Of a stretch of 64,000 bases of DNA, positions 54,301 to 64,000 are shown piece by piece. The stretch is from Phoronis australis (taxonomy: Eukaryota; Animalia; Phoronida). The position numbers and the translations under genes are program-made. A model generated the notes under the pieces. It had not been told where the DNA came from and ran no database searches. It saw only the letters and a list, made by a program, of their open reading frames with translations. Every line of letters starts with the position of its first letter. The stretch's first letter is position 1. Where the stretch lies: the NCBI GenBank assembly GCA_002633005.1, contig NMRA01000018.1:315892-379891 (forward strand). Reading direction: 5' to 3'.

Positions 54301-57300
54301 AACTTAACGATCCACCTGCGAAGTCGGGACTAATGTGCTCTAGCTCGTCCTAAGTCGGGATTGCGAGTTGCCATGTTGGCGTTTATTACTGAGCATTCTG
54401 TTTCAAAATGAATTATTCTCACCCTAACCAATACTTATATAAAACTGAAACAAAGTCTGTCTCATTAGATGCAATTTGTAATGCCTTTGGAGTGTTCGGG
54501 ATTGCAAATGATTTGAAAAGCCAGCAATGAATAAATCACTGCGTTACCGGCTTTAGGTGCAATAAAACTAAGGACGGGACACCTAGGCCATGTGAGCTCA
54601 TGCTAATTTAGTGTTTGCTGGCAGAAACTGTTGTGAAACAACTTGAAATTCATCCCACGGCCAGGTGTTAGGGGAATCTTTATTTACATTTACATTACTC
54701 AAATAATGATTGTCAAAGTACAACTTCTGCCCTGACGGTGCTGTGGCCAAAAAAGTGGAACCTGACGTCACGGTCCCCGACGAGTAAGTAGATTTGCAGT
54801 TTCATGGCTAATTCACCAACATAATCAGGTGCACATTATTTTGGATCACTAGTATAGTATTTTCTTGGATGGAAGTTTAGTTTCCACTTAACTTTGGCTG
54901 GTTTATGTTTCTGACGTCCGATCAGTTTCCGAGCCACTGGCGGGGATAACGCGGAGTCAATCCGGCCGGCCGTGACGGACCTGATCGGGCTCCGAGCCAC
55001 AGGCCAAGCTAACAAGCGTTTTGTGTTTAGAACACAAAAAATCACAAGTCTAAACAACATAGATCTAGGTTCTCCTGTCTGTATCTCATGCAAAATACTT
55101 CGAAATTATCTCCGAACAGACCCCAAACTCCTGCTACGAACCTTATTGGCCTGCCGAACCGTTGTAGGCTACGGTGTGTCCAAATACGAATAAATCCGTA
55201 AGAGCGAAATAAAAAATAACGTTTTTATAAGAATTCGGTGTATTATGTAAGGGTTTTACATCGAATTTTGATGATTTATTGGTGTTAAACGATGACTTCA
55301 AGCGATAAGCTGACACCAGTAACCCGTGTTGTGAACTGCTGAACAGACTGCGTGTGAAACTGATGACGTCATTGGATAATTTCAACACCTCCGTCTGCTG
55401 TCAGGTAACGCAACCGTACGTGTCGTTATTGAGTAGAACTACTCGATCTAAATTGATACAAATTAGGTTGTTTTTTGGGTGGCATGCTCCTTTAATTTCT
55501 TTCATTTTTAAGATTCAAATTCTTTTAATTAGGCCAAGCCTAGAAAACTGATTTCAGAGATCTATTTGAAAATATGCCATCTGTGTTCAGATTGACAACA
55601 GTTCTGTGTCAGTCATTTTGAAATTCAAAACCTTCAGGCAATTGGGTTTACAAAGCCACAGATCCACTTTCATTGTGACTTCACAGGCACCTGCGAAGTC
55701 CACAAGTTTATGGTAAAATCTCGCCAAATCTAAACAAAAATAATCGGTAAAACTGCCGTTTTTCGTTTTTTCAAGAGCTGCAATTTTTCAAAATGTTGAC
55801 TAATGGTAGCTATGTAATCTTGGTGTTACTTAATACGTTTCAGTTAAAAAGTAAGAAAATGAAATTCCACTTATATGTCACGTTCTATACTTAGATTGGT
55901 GAGAGCTTAACTTAGTTGCACCTAGTCCATGTCATAATTCACAACAAAGAATTCTCTTGAGTTGTATTTCAAGTGTCATCAAACTACTAGTCAGGACTAT
56001 TGAGATAGCAACAGTCATGTTTATTTCAAGCACCACACATAGCAAATACATCTCTTCGTAACCATATTAGAGTTTGTCGACCAACCAAGCACTCACCTTT
56101 ATTGAGGTAAGCACCATTGTATTCATGCTCATAGCCCGGGCAAACCCAAAGTCACACAATTTGACCACGCCCCCTTTACCGAGGAGTATGTTCTGTGGTT
56201 TCATGTCCCGGTGAAGAATTCGGTGGGAATGCAGATAGTAGAGTGCTGACACAAGCTGACAGGCTATGGACTGCACCTAAGAACATGATGGATGTGACAC
56301 TTGAATGATTGACAGCTAATAAACTCTTCACAGTTTGACCACCCCGCACAATTGTCAAGGAGTATATTCTGGAGTTACATATCCTGGTGAAGGATTTGGT
56401 GAGAATCTAGGCAATAGAAGGATAGTGGTTTTGTAATGAAACTCTTCCATTGTACGGTCGACTTTTAAACTTTTGTCAAACCTATTTTGCAAATTCATAT
56501 TCCTAGACATCAATTGATGAACTAATTTACCTACCACAGGGTTTTGCAAGGTTCACACAAGTTTGGTTTGAAAAAACATATTAGTACTAGACCAAGGAAC
56601 AAGTTTCAAATCATATAAAAATAATTCAAGAAAACACAATTCACATGTAAACAACTGCTACATTGTTTGAAAAACTTAAAATAGGGCATATATGCAACAA
56701 GATGCATGATGTTATGATTAATTTAAAACTAGAGCAAAGCAAAGCAAATGTCCTGAAACTAACACTATCATTGGGGGCATAGAACAATCCAAATGGGTTC
56801 AAAATGGGCAGGTGCACTGATACAGAAATATCTACTGAGCTGTAAAAGATCCATCAAAACTTAGATATAAAGGAGTCCATCTATATCATATATCAGGGGT
56901 GGACGCTTAGCATAATGTCGACTCGCCAGATTTCGATGGCTGTCAAATAGGAAATGAACTTGTCAATTAAAAGAAAACAAATTGCAGAGTGTTGCAACAG
57001 TAAATTTGTAAGTATGTTATGAGCATCACCCTGAGCCCACCAGTACCAAAAACTGCCAAATGCAATGAACTGCTAGGTGTATCGAGTTGCTTTTGTCTAT
57101 GTCACCCCGACAATCGCCTTTTCATTCAAACCACTGCGAATAACACCCACACGCAATGGTTTTCTATTCAGAACCTATGAAATACAACCGTTTTCGGCCT
57201 TTTGATGTTGTGGTGACGCAATATGGCCCCAAAGGCAACTTCACATATTATTTGACAGGCTTACATTTGAGTAAATAAACTTGCATTTTCTTATTTTGCT

Positions 57301-59683
57301 AAGGCTTTGCCAGGAGTATCTGGTTAGCCCAATACATCTGAAATAAAACAATTCCGCTGACGTTAGGCATTTAAAAACGGGCGGGTTTAACATGGAGGGC
57401 TATGGAACAAAATGATGATCGATTTCGTGAACAGTTCTTACTTTAGGAGAAAGCAGGCGATCAAAAAATATTGTTTGCACATGTGCCATGGTCTGGTCCG
57501 TTTTTACCAAACAATTCTGTCTGCTTACTTTCTGTTGTAGTTTGAGCACATACTCAGATGTGTGGTGAAGGTGGCAGAAATACACATTTCACAAAATAAA
57601 AAAATAGTGAACCAACTTGTACTTGTGGAAAAATGTTATGAATTTTTAAAGTTTGGAAGCCACCAAAAATTTCAAAGCAACTAACAGGGGAATTCTGACT
57701 TGGTTGCAAAAATCTGGCAACTTTGAGGCGATTTGGGATTTTTATCAGGTCGCCAAACAAAACCTGAGCTTGCATTGGTGAGCTAAAAGTTCACCAAATG
57801 GAGCCCCGCACATGTAAACCCAAAAAATCAAGCCTATGTTCACTTACCTGTTCTTCAGGTAGCTTGCCGTCATCCTCTAATATTTGAAACAGCTCTCCCT
57901 CGGCATAGTCAGTTACAGCCACGACCTGAAGAAAATATTACCCAACTGATGTTTGCAATAGCACTATATGGAAAAGGAAGATAGAAATTGAATTGATAAG
58001 GTTCCATTAGGACAAGATATAAAAACTTCAGAGGAAAACTATTGTAAACAATCCTACACTATATCCAGCCTAACACTGTATCCACATGTAACTTTCAAAT
58101 AAGGCAGTAAAGAATATGTGAAAAGATGACCTTTAGGTCTCATATAATGCCTCGCAGAAACACGTAACTGGCACCATTCAATATTCTTTGTCATCATTAT
58201 GTCACAGACTAAATACAGGTCAACAATTTATATTGATTTTTTAACAAAAAATGTTTTCTTAAAAACGGTTAGCAACTCAACTGCTTTACTACATACTGTT
58301 GTGTATCGATAAGTTAAAATTGTTCAGTTACGCAAACAGCATTTAAGCATGTAAACACTCAGCAAAAAGAGAGGTACCATGTTTGTCATTGAGAAATGGA
58401 GCACGCTAGTAAGGACTGTTATGAAAATTACATAACACACTAGTCACAATAGTCTTGACATGTGACCAAATAGCACACAGCTCCTGTACAATGGAATTTC
58501 CATTTTTTCAAAAAAAAACAACGAAGTATCTTTGGCACATAAATAGTTCTCACCTCTTTTTCAGTCTCAAAACTATCCAACATCATTATGATATTCTCAT
58601 GACTCAAACTTCTCATAATCTCAATTTCTCGGCGGAGATTCTTTAAGTCCTTCTCTGACCTCCCCACCTTGGATATGAACTTGAGAGCAACAACCTTCCA
58701 ACAAGAGGAACAGTTTAACCTAACAACCATCTTATCCACATATTCATAACAGGCAAATGTATGTCTTATTGCTGTAGTCTTGCATATTCAGTACAGTATG
58801 GAACAAGTCTCTTATTTACACTTTATAACGAAATATGTTAGCTTTTGGTAGACATTAACACACACAAATCACGCACACGCACACAAACACACAGACACAG
58901 ACATAATGAAACAAAACAAAACAAAACAAAAAGCCACAACACAATATTAAACTAGAAAGATCTCCCTGTAATGGTGACGGCAATGTTTTGAGAATGTCAG
59001 GAGCACTAATGAGAGTAGTTTTATTTATAAGCCTTGTTTAAGTGCACATCTGACTAAGCCTGCAAAAAAATTTCACACCAAAGCACAGAATCCATTTTTA
59101 ACACAGTATTTCTAAAGCTGCCGCCAATCCATATTCTGCCATAAATGCTAACTTTTAATCTGGACTAGAAGATTTATTGTCATAAACTTTGTCACAGCTT
59201 GTTCCTCACTTTTCCTCACTTAAGTTTATAGCGATCTCAGGCGTGGGAATAAGTGGTAGTTCCTTGTTGCTCAAGGCAACGCTCCGCATGACATAACACA
59301 GATGTCAGTGAGGCAAGCTTATGGACTTCATAGGTTACAACTAACATGCTACTATCATCCATTTGAATAAGCTGTTATCTGTTCAGTTACACCTGAGCTG
59401 TTAAATCAGTTTTCTGTGATTGCAAATTTCGACCATCCTGAGTAGGTGAAGCTGCATTGGGTCAGGCCAAGTTATTGAGTGACATTTTTAATTTGAGTCG
59501 GGCACAATTTGAGATCAGTTTTACAACGGTTAGTGATCATAATCAAAAAAGAATTTCACAGAAGGCATGCGTATGCGGCCTTTCAAGTGTACAATTCACC
59601 TGTCCTGAGTATTTCTTTCGACCCTTGTACACCTTGCCAAAGGACCCTTCTCCAATCAGTTCCAATATATGGTAATTCTCCAT
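30231..59683 (-). CDS. STK36: Serine/threonine kinase 36 (Fused), multi-exon gene, 3'-partial: 22 coding exons, about 1054 aa traced
   Basis: Spliced translation begins [37 protein letters not shown] and contains [17 protein letters not shown] and [23 protein letters not shown], all Fused/STK36 signatures. All introns are GT-AG with matching phases. The last exon found ends at an open donor (GAG|gtaagt). Confidence 0.95.
32142..32261 (-). CDS. STK36: STK36 coding exon 21, copy A (duplicate, probably allelic)
   Basis: Same 120-nt exon as 34543-34662, with one synonymous CTT/CTG difference seen. Confidence 0.7.
33000..33103 (-). CDS. STK36: STK36 coding exon 20, copy A (duplicate, probably allelic)
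   Basis: Same 104-nt exon and splice sites as 35414-35517. Confidence 0.7.
33623..34157. mobile_element. Copy-A-specific insertion, Helentron/HINE-like, truncated at the N
   Basis: Begins (aa)caagagc exactly where similarity to copy B stops; absent from copy B. Confidence 0.5.
34159..34366. mobile_element. Copy-B-specific Harbinger-type MITE end
   Basis: Ends attagagaccgggccctgg; a similar end occurs at about 45300-45335. Confidence 0.55.
34543..34662 (-). CDS. STK36: STK36 coding exon 21, copy B (...[19 protein letters not shown]...)
   Basis: 120 nt, phase 2/2; CFPFA motif. Confidence 0.88.
35414..35517 (-). CDS. STK36: STK36 coding exon 20, copy B ([10 protein letters not shown]...MHKG)
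   Basis: 104 nt, phase 0/2. Confidence 0.85.
36122..36334 (-). CDS. STK36: STK36 coding exon 19 (...LWHRLTQVL...[10 protein letters not shown]...)
   Basis: 213 nt, phase 0/0; PDWxLLSPQG resembles the STK36 C-terminal region. Confidence 0.92.
37267..37458 (-). CDS. STK36: STK36 coding exon 18 (AAAALLFSQ...[15 protein letters not shown])
   Basis: 192 nt, phase 0/0. Confidence 0.92.
39019..39082 (-). CDS. STK36: STK36 coding exon 17 (...[11 protein letters not shown])
   Basis: 64 nt, phase 2/0. Confidence 0.85.
39707..39801 (-). CDS. STK36: STK36 coding exon 16
   Basis: 95 nt, phase 0/2, gtaagt donor. Confidence 0.88.
40449..40547 (-). CDS. STK36: STK36 coding exon 15 ([16 protein letters not shown]...)
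   Basis: 99 nt, phase 0/0. Confidence 0.88.
41296..41403 (-). CDS. STK36: STK36 coding exon 14 ([12 protein letters not shown]...[10 protein letters not shown])
   Basis: 108 nt, phase 0/0. Confidence 0.88.
42601..42731 (-). CDS. STK36: STK36 coding exon 13
   Basis: 131 nt, phase 1/0, AAG|gtaagt. Confidence 0.9.
43100..43340. repeat. About 39-bp minisatellite x6
   Basis: aatggcaggtcaccttacacatcaaaaacagtct... units with no unique spacers. Confidence 0.92.
44412..44468. repeat. 27-bp tandem duplication
   Basis: atgtgggtcaattcacccatatcaaca x2. Confidence 0.9.
44550..44706 (-). CDS. STK36: STK36 coding exon 12 ([11 protein letters not shown]...KLE)
   Basis: 157 nt, phase 0/1; weak donor gtgctc but the phase fits the next exon. 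Confidence 0.82.
45470..45635 (+). mobile_element. Penelope-like retroelement 3' remnant (GIY-YIG C-terminus plus hammerhead motif)
   Basis: [22 protein letters not shown] resembles the Penelope RxIxEAIxI...PSLNRD motif and is followed by a hammerhead-like motif. Confidence 0.75.
45589..45633 (+). ncRNA. Minimal type I hammerhead ribozyme-like motif, probably inactive
   Basis: catt-CCGAGGA-a-gacagcc[gtcgaa]ggcagtc-GAAA-gtctc-aatg; the core has CCGA instead of CUGA. Confidence 0.55.
45819..45924 (-). CDS. STK36: STK36 coding exon 11 (...[13 protein letters not shown])
   Basis: 106 nt, phase 2/0, gtgagt donor. Confidence 0.9.
46317..46411. repeat. 27-bp minisatellite x3.5 just inside the intron after STK36 exon 10
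   Basis: gaagagtccatttaggct(g/a)attttgtag units. Confidence 0.92.
46425..46622 (-). CDS. STK36: STK36 coding exon 10 (...[14 protein letters not shown]...)
   Basis: 198 nt, phase 2/2, NAGNAG acceptor. Confidence 0.9.
47607..47827 (-). CDS. STK36: STK36 coding exon 9 (DIDSDDEW...[17 protein letters not shown])
   Basis: 221 nt, phase 0/2. Confidence 0.92.
48816..48956 (-). CDS. STK36: STK36 coding exon 8 ([19 protein letters not shown]...)
   Basis: 141 nt, phase 0/0. Confidence 0.88.
50067..50335 (-). CDS. STK36: STK36 coding exon 7 (basic linker)
   Basis: 269 nt, phase 1/0, donor AAG|gtacgc chosen because its phase matches the next exon. Confidence 0.85.
51754..51980 (-). CDS. STK36: STK36 coding exon 6 (end of kinase domain)
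   Basis: 227 nt, phase 2/1, [25 protein letters not shown]...[13 protein letters not shown]. Confidence 0.95.
52042..52615. mobile_element. Unclassified TIR element (CATAGA termini)
   Basis: catagactatag...ctataatctatg inverted termini, CpG-rich interior. Confidence 0.55.
53462..53529 (-). CDS. STK36: STK36 coding exon 5 ([23 protein letters not shown])
   Basis: 68 nt, phase 0/2. Confidence 0.95.
53811..55491 (+). mobile_element. Kolobok-type non-autonomous DNA transposon with THAP relic, in the intron between STK36 coding exons 4 and 5
   Basis: TTAA TSD (53807-53810, 55492-55495); TIR AGGAG(A/C)ATGCCACCC (14/15 match); THAP relic RCIVPACPN*...[19 protein letters not shown]...HLRVCGL at about 53976-54170. 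Confidence 0.85.
56097..56276 (-). CDS. STK36: STK36 coding exon 4 (HRD and DFG motifs)
   Basis: 180 nt, [32 protein letters not shown]...[19 protein letters not shown]. Confidence 0.97.
56894..57808. mobile_element. hAT-like MITE; a related 5' end lies at about 41675-41910
   Basis: caggggtggacgcttagcataatgtcgactcgcca vs cagggctcggtgcttaacataatgtgaactcgcca; degenerate right end ggagccccg. Confidence 0.5.
57848..57925 (-). CDS. STK36: STK36 coding exon 3 ([26 protein letters not shown])
   Basis: 78 nt, ttcag acceptor and gtaagt donor. Confidence 0.95.
58554..58694 (-). CDS. STK36: STK36 coding exon 2 (VVALKFISK...SFETEKE)
   Basis: 141 nt, phase 0/0, catalytic Lys motif VALK. Confidence 0.95.
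59600..59683 (-). CDS. STK36: STK36 coding exon 1 ([28 protein letters not shown])
   Basis: 84 nt; ATG at 59683; donor CAG|gtgaat; acceptor about 26 nt upstream of the ATG implies a 5'UTR intron. Confidence 0.95.
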
Positions 59684-60049
59684 CTTTCAATACTTAGTAA
59701 TCAGCCAAACTGAAACAAAGCAAAATGCAAAGTTAAGAAGAGCTTAATATGCTATTCTACTACAAAAAATTGCAGTCTACTCATTGAGTTGTTGATTTGA
59801 TCATCGTAACTGATAAGAGCACTGCCACATTTTCCAAGAAGACCTATTAAAAAGATCAAGGACCGGGATATCATGGGAAGCCAGTATACTGTGGCCAGAA
59901 CAGAATGGACTTACTCCAGAATCTCTTTACAGTTGACCACATCAGAAATACAAATACTGAAAAGCATTACTGAAAGGTATATTAACCTAACAGCTAAGAA
60001 AACTTTAGGAAAACCAGATATTCACTGAAGAAAACATGAAAAAAATTCA

Positions 60050-60462
60050 CAAAATGACTGCAAACAGTACGAGCAAGTACAGGATTTGAAATATATAATG
60101 ACTGCAAACAGAAGAAGTGAGCACAGGATTTGAAATGCTACCAGCAGAAGCAAATGCAGTATTTGAATGACTGCAAACAGTAGAAGTGAGGGTAGGATTT
60201 GAAATATACGACAGCAAATAGTAAAGGCAAATGCAGGATTTGAAATAAACAAATGCTGCAAACAGCAGAGCCAGTGCAGGATTTGAAATGCAAACAGTAG
60301 ATGCAAATGCAGTATTTGTATGACTGCAAACAGTAGGAGCAAGAGCAGGATTTGAAATAAACAATGGCTGCAAACAGAAAAAACAAGAGCAGGATTTGAA
60401 ATATATAACGACTGCAAATGATAGAATTGAGTGCAGTATTTGAAATATACAATGACTGCAAA
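60050..60462. repeat. Degenerate minisatellite (about 40-bp unit) in the STK36 5'UTR intron
   Basis: caggatttgaaat...gactgcaaacag units; these explain the overlapping spurious ORFs. Confidence 0.9.
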
Positions 60463-61149
60463 GAGTGGAATGTACGACTTGGATGTCTTTTTTACATTGG
60501 TGATGCAGACTGTGTTTTACTTGCTAGGATGAACATCCTTAATCAGCTCGTGTTCCCACTTCTGAAGTCAGGGATTTCATCACACCCAGTGGATTATGTG
60601 TGTGTAATATGTTGCATAACTTTCAGAATAACTGTAACCTGGTTAATAGTAGTATACAACATGGACAATGTGTTAGATGGTACACCAGGTGTGATGACCT
60701 CCTTCTGTAAACACTGAAAAACCTGTGTGGAGAATCTTGGTTTTTCTTCCTCTTTATAGCTCAGGATGATTCCATCAGAGCAATTAAGACACCGACAGTC
60801 ACACAGGACACTTCATGAAGCTCCAGAATAGCTTTGGTTTGATCAAAAGAAAATTCTGATTTGAGAATCCCTTTCTGTCATAATTTGGATGGCCTCATCA
60901 GTTTCATGCAGTCTCTAAGCTTTGCCATTCTAAGACAGTGACCACCTTCTCTACGGCCAGTCGATATGGTGCCACTGTCTACGCTATTCTTGGTTAATTA
61001 ACATAGGTAAGGCGATTGCAGTGCTTTTTGTGTTTTTCATGCCTATGTAGGCCTTCCATTAGTGCCGCCAAGGGCACTAGTCGGATATAATGGACCAGCC
61101 ACTCTTAGGATAAGTGAGTTGAAACAAATTGTCTTCGGAATGAAAACAG

Positions 61150-61980
61150 AAATTACAAATTCGGCAACCGAACGTCTCGTAGCTTCAAGTTGGGCTACCG
61201 TACCCTAGGTGCAAGGCTGTATACTAAATGTATTTTGACGATAGTCTTCATACAGGTAGCTGGCTAGCTAAGGCTACCATAAAAGGTACATAGCACAGTG
61301 CAATACAATGCGCCCGCCCGGTCGACGTTTAGGCCTACGTCCGGCTACTGTTCAAACTCCAAGTTGTCTCAAGCCGTGCGCACCTGATGATGAGAAGCAT
61401 TTTCCCTGGTTCTCTGGTACTGCTGTCTGCTGACTAATATGGGAGGCTGTCTAACGCTGCAAGTTCACTTGTGTTGGGTAAAGAGTTTGCATCATTATAT
61501 ACAGAAGCGTAATGTGAGGCCTACCGGTTGATGTATGGTATTTTTGTATAGATGGCGCTCCGAGGGCGACGTGCAAAGTTGCGCCCAAACCAAAGTCGTG
61601 ATTGACTTGTGCACTTGACCGACTTCCACGACTTTGCCAAAACAAGAAACTAAGATATCTGATTGGTTTGTAAGCCGAAAGTTGCCATCGAAACCCAATC
61701 AGGGTAGAGGTCGGTGCCGCTACAGACCTCGCTAAAATCTAGCCAAATTCAGGTATTCCACACGGCAATCACGTAAACTGAGATCTCAACCGGTAGACGT
61801 CGCGCGCTTTCATACCGAAGCTCGCATTTTTATTGGACGTGTCATATCCAATTAATTCGTTAGTTCAGCCATTGACATACTGCGCATTTAAAAGTTCTTA
61901 CATGTTATTCAGTGTAGATCAAACAAAGAGAATATTGTTAACGAGGAGTTGCCTCAGATCCAACCCAACTAAAGGTAAGG
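61150..61980. promoter_or_regulatory. CpG-rich putative STK36 promoter, possibly bidirectional
   Basis: Locally high CpG; CCAAT boxes at 61662 (-), 61695 (+) and 61832 (-); X-box at 61681; candidate minus-strand donor at 61524 and plus-strand donor AAG|gtaagg at 61975. Confidence 0.6.
61681..61694. promoter_or_regulatory. RFX X-box motif
   Basis: GTTGCCATCGAAAC is a near match to the X-box consensus GTYNCC-AT-GGNAAC and lies upstream of a ciliary gene. Confidence 0.65.
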
Positions 61981-62445
61981 CACTGTTAGAGTTAGAAGTC
62001 GGTACACCTATATATCTTATCGTCTTTACTGTTCATTTGCGACCGTGTGTTTCCGTTTCCTTGTCTGGCAATAAGTGAATAAGTGGCGACTGGGAATGTA
62101 ATCCACAAAAATTGATAAAAACAAGTATTCTGGTCTAATATGTTACCGTATCAAGTATTCAAGGCAAAGATAAAGGGATTGATGGAGTTACGGTGAACAC
62201 TAGTAGACCCCTCAGTGGTAGTGGGTGGCCTCCGTCCGTCTCAGTGGAGAAAGTTCTAGTGTTTTAGTTGTTGGGCGTGGGGACAGGATAGATACCATAA
62301 CTTACAAAATTTCATTTTAAGTCGGGTCAAAGGTTCACAAATGACAACGGTAGGACAAGTTATTAACGAAACACAAATTCTGTAAGTTACACTGATTTTT
62401 TTATTGCATCATTCTGACTCAGCTAATACTCACCCGTTGTCCTTA

Positions 62446-62584
62446 CATGGGCGTCGCAGCACTGAAAAAGGGGGGGGGGCTGTAGCCGCTATAGCCTCCC
62501 AGCCCCCCTGTGGTACACCGCCCACAGACCATGGGCTCCGGAGCACTGAAAAACCCCTCAGCCCCTTATGGTGCGCCGCCCATG
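62446..62584. mobile_element. Short hAT-like MITE
   Basis: TIR catgggcg...cgcccatg and internal agcccc motifs. Confidence 0.65.
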
Positions 62585-62695
62585 CTCTAGCCTTGGGTGT
62601 AGGCGGCCTACCTCATTGATCATGACACATCAATGTCTCGCCTTTGGATACGAGTTCTTTTGTAACTGAAATAGTCCATGATGAACGGATCAAAT

Positions 62696-62944
62696 TTAGT
62701 TGTGCATGTAATTCTTTTGAATGGACTTGGCAACCTCAAGGGTCTTAGTGCCAACTGATCTGCTAAAGGAGATGCTGAAATTGTAGAGGCTTACAAGCTC
62801 ATTAACACAGCAGTTGACGAAGTGCAAGCGTTGGGAACAAACATCGAAGATATCTGGGTAGATTGGTTCCAAGAAGGGTAAACCATTGGATCCGATATAC
62901 AGATTCCTCGGCAGTCTAGACAACAGAAGGATAGGAATAATGTA
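62696..62944 (+). pseudogene. hAT (Tip100/PRKRIR-like) transposase fragment
   Basis: LLNGLGNLKGLSA...AEIVEAYKLINTAVDEVQAL..NIEDIWVDWFQEG*...IPRQSRQQKDRNNV resembles the region upstream of the hAT dimerisation domain. Confidence 0.75.
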
Positions 62945-63726
62945 TGAGTAACCACTGGGGATTAAAGTGTCTAGAGAGAAGTTTTCAATTCATTTTTTTT
63001 GCATAGTACACTTTAGGTCTCGTGACGGACCAGGCCAGCTTGATTTGTGTAGATTTTGAGTTTCAATGTACATCTGGTCCCTCTGCAAAATGGTCCAGTA
63101 TATCTTTTCACCACTGTGCTCAGGACGTTTTGGTTTCATGAAACTGTTTTCGGATGATTTGTTTCCTGATACATTTGACGTTTTTCAATTGTTGTCAACT
63201 TGATTGAGCTTAATAAAGTGATACTTAATTATTTATTGTCGCTTTTAATAATAGACTATGAGCTGAGAGCACCATCATTCGCCAGTTTTTCTCGTAACAA
63301 GACAGAACACATATTTATTTCCGGGCTAACAGTACAGGTCTTCGTTCTTAAACAACTTGAGGCTGCTGTTACACGATCATCTGATATTCAAGTTTTTACG
63401 CCCCGTCGGTGCTCCTTATGCTCTTGAATATTTAGAAGTTGTCTAAACCCCTGTATAAACACCACACTTTTTCGTATACGACTTTTCGTATGCTAAAAAG
63501 ATGTATGTAACCAGATGTTCCATCAAAAATTTTTGCTGGTGACGTAACTCAGATGTGCACAATATGGTTTCACGAAACTTATGAGCCAAGTTCATGTGAC
63601 GAAATCGAGAAGGGTTTTTAATAGCAGAGTTGCAACGCCGCCATATTGGAAATGGGTCAGAATGTTGCATTGTGGTTAAGCCGGTAAACAAGTACGTCGG
63701 CAAGCGTGGGGGCGAACCGGCCACAG

Positions 63727-63965
63727 GGAGGTTATACGTGTTGTGTGCCTGGCATGCTATAATACCAGTTAGCGAAATAAAAAATTTAGTTACTACCTGT
63801 TTCCCAAGGATCAATAACTGCGTTAAACATGGGTCAGAGACATCGGTAGAGCTGGTAGCAAAGGCCGACTTCGTGAATTCTTTCCGACTTCGTAGCATAA
63901 AGTGTGCAGCGCTCATTTTGAGGGCGGCAAGAAAACGTATCTTAGAAACTGCCCAACAATATCTC
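63727..63965 (+). pseudogene. THAP-domain relic of an ISL2EU/Harbinger-type transposase
   Basis: GGYTCCVPG/CYNTS*RNKKFSYYLFPKDQ*LR*TWVRDIGR...HKVCSAHFEGGKKTYLRNCPTI, with one frameshift and several stops. Confidence 0.8.
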
Positions 63966-64000
63966 CCTTCAAAGAAACAGTAACAAATACTCCACGGCGG

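Noticed and set aside
60022-60461. Three overlapping hydrophobic ORFs of 107-131 aa
   Set aside because: Translations of a minisatellite
63443-63983. 157-aa and 117-aa ORFs
   Set aside because: Off-frame shadows of the decayed THAP transposase relic

Overview
Eukaryotic, AT-rich, repeat-dense genomic DNA, probably from a marine invertebrate deuterostome (hemichordate, echinoderm or amphioxus-like; this is an inference). The main feature is a minus-strand STK36/Fused kinase gene. I traced 22 phase-consistent GT-AG coding exons by hand from the ATG at 59683 down to 30231 (3162 nt, about 1054 aa). The last exon ends at an open splice donor, and I could not find the C-terminal exons. The upstream CpG-rich region carries an RFX X-box flanked by two CCAAT boxes and is possibly bidirectional. 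A plus-strand gene with a single coding exon (26037-26795) encodes a 252-aa single-pass membrane protein with PPxY, LPxY and NPxF motifs, and it may be nested in an STK36 intron. The rest is decayed mobile DNA: a LINE RT remnant, Helentron-type elements, two Kolobok-type elements with THAP relics (one also with a convergent KolX/P2X7-C-like relic), two more THAP relics, a hAT transposase fragment, a Penelope tail with a hammerhead-ribozyme motif, MITEs and minisatellites. Two near-identical duplications each straddle a single 'n' and are most likely uncollapsed alleles; one of them duplicates STK36 exons 20-21. I saw no prokaryotic-type system, CRISPR array, rRNA or tRNA.
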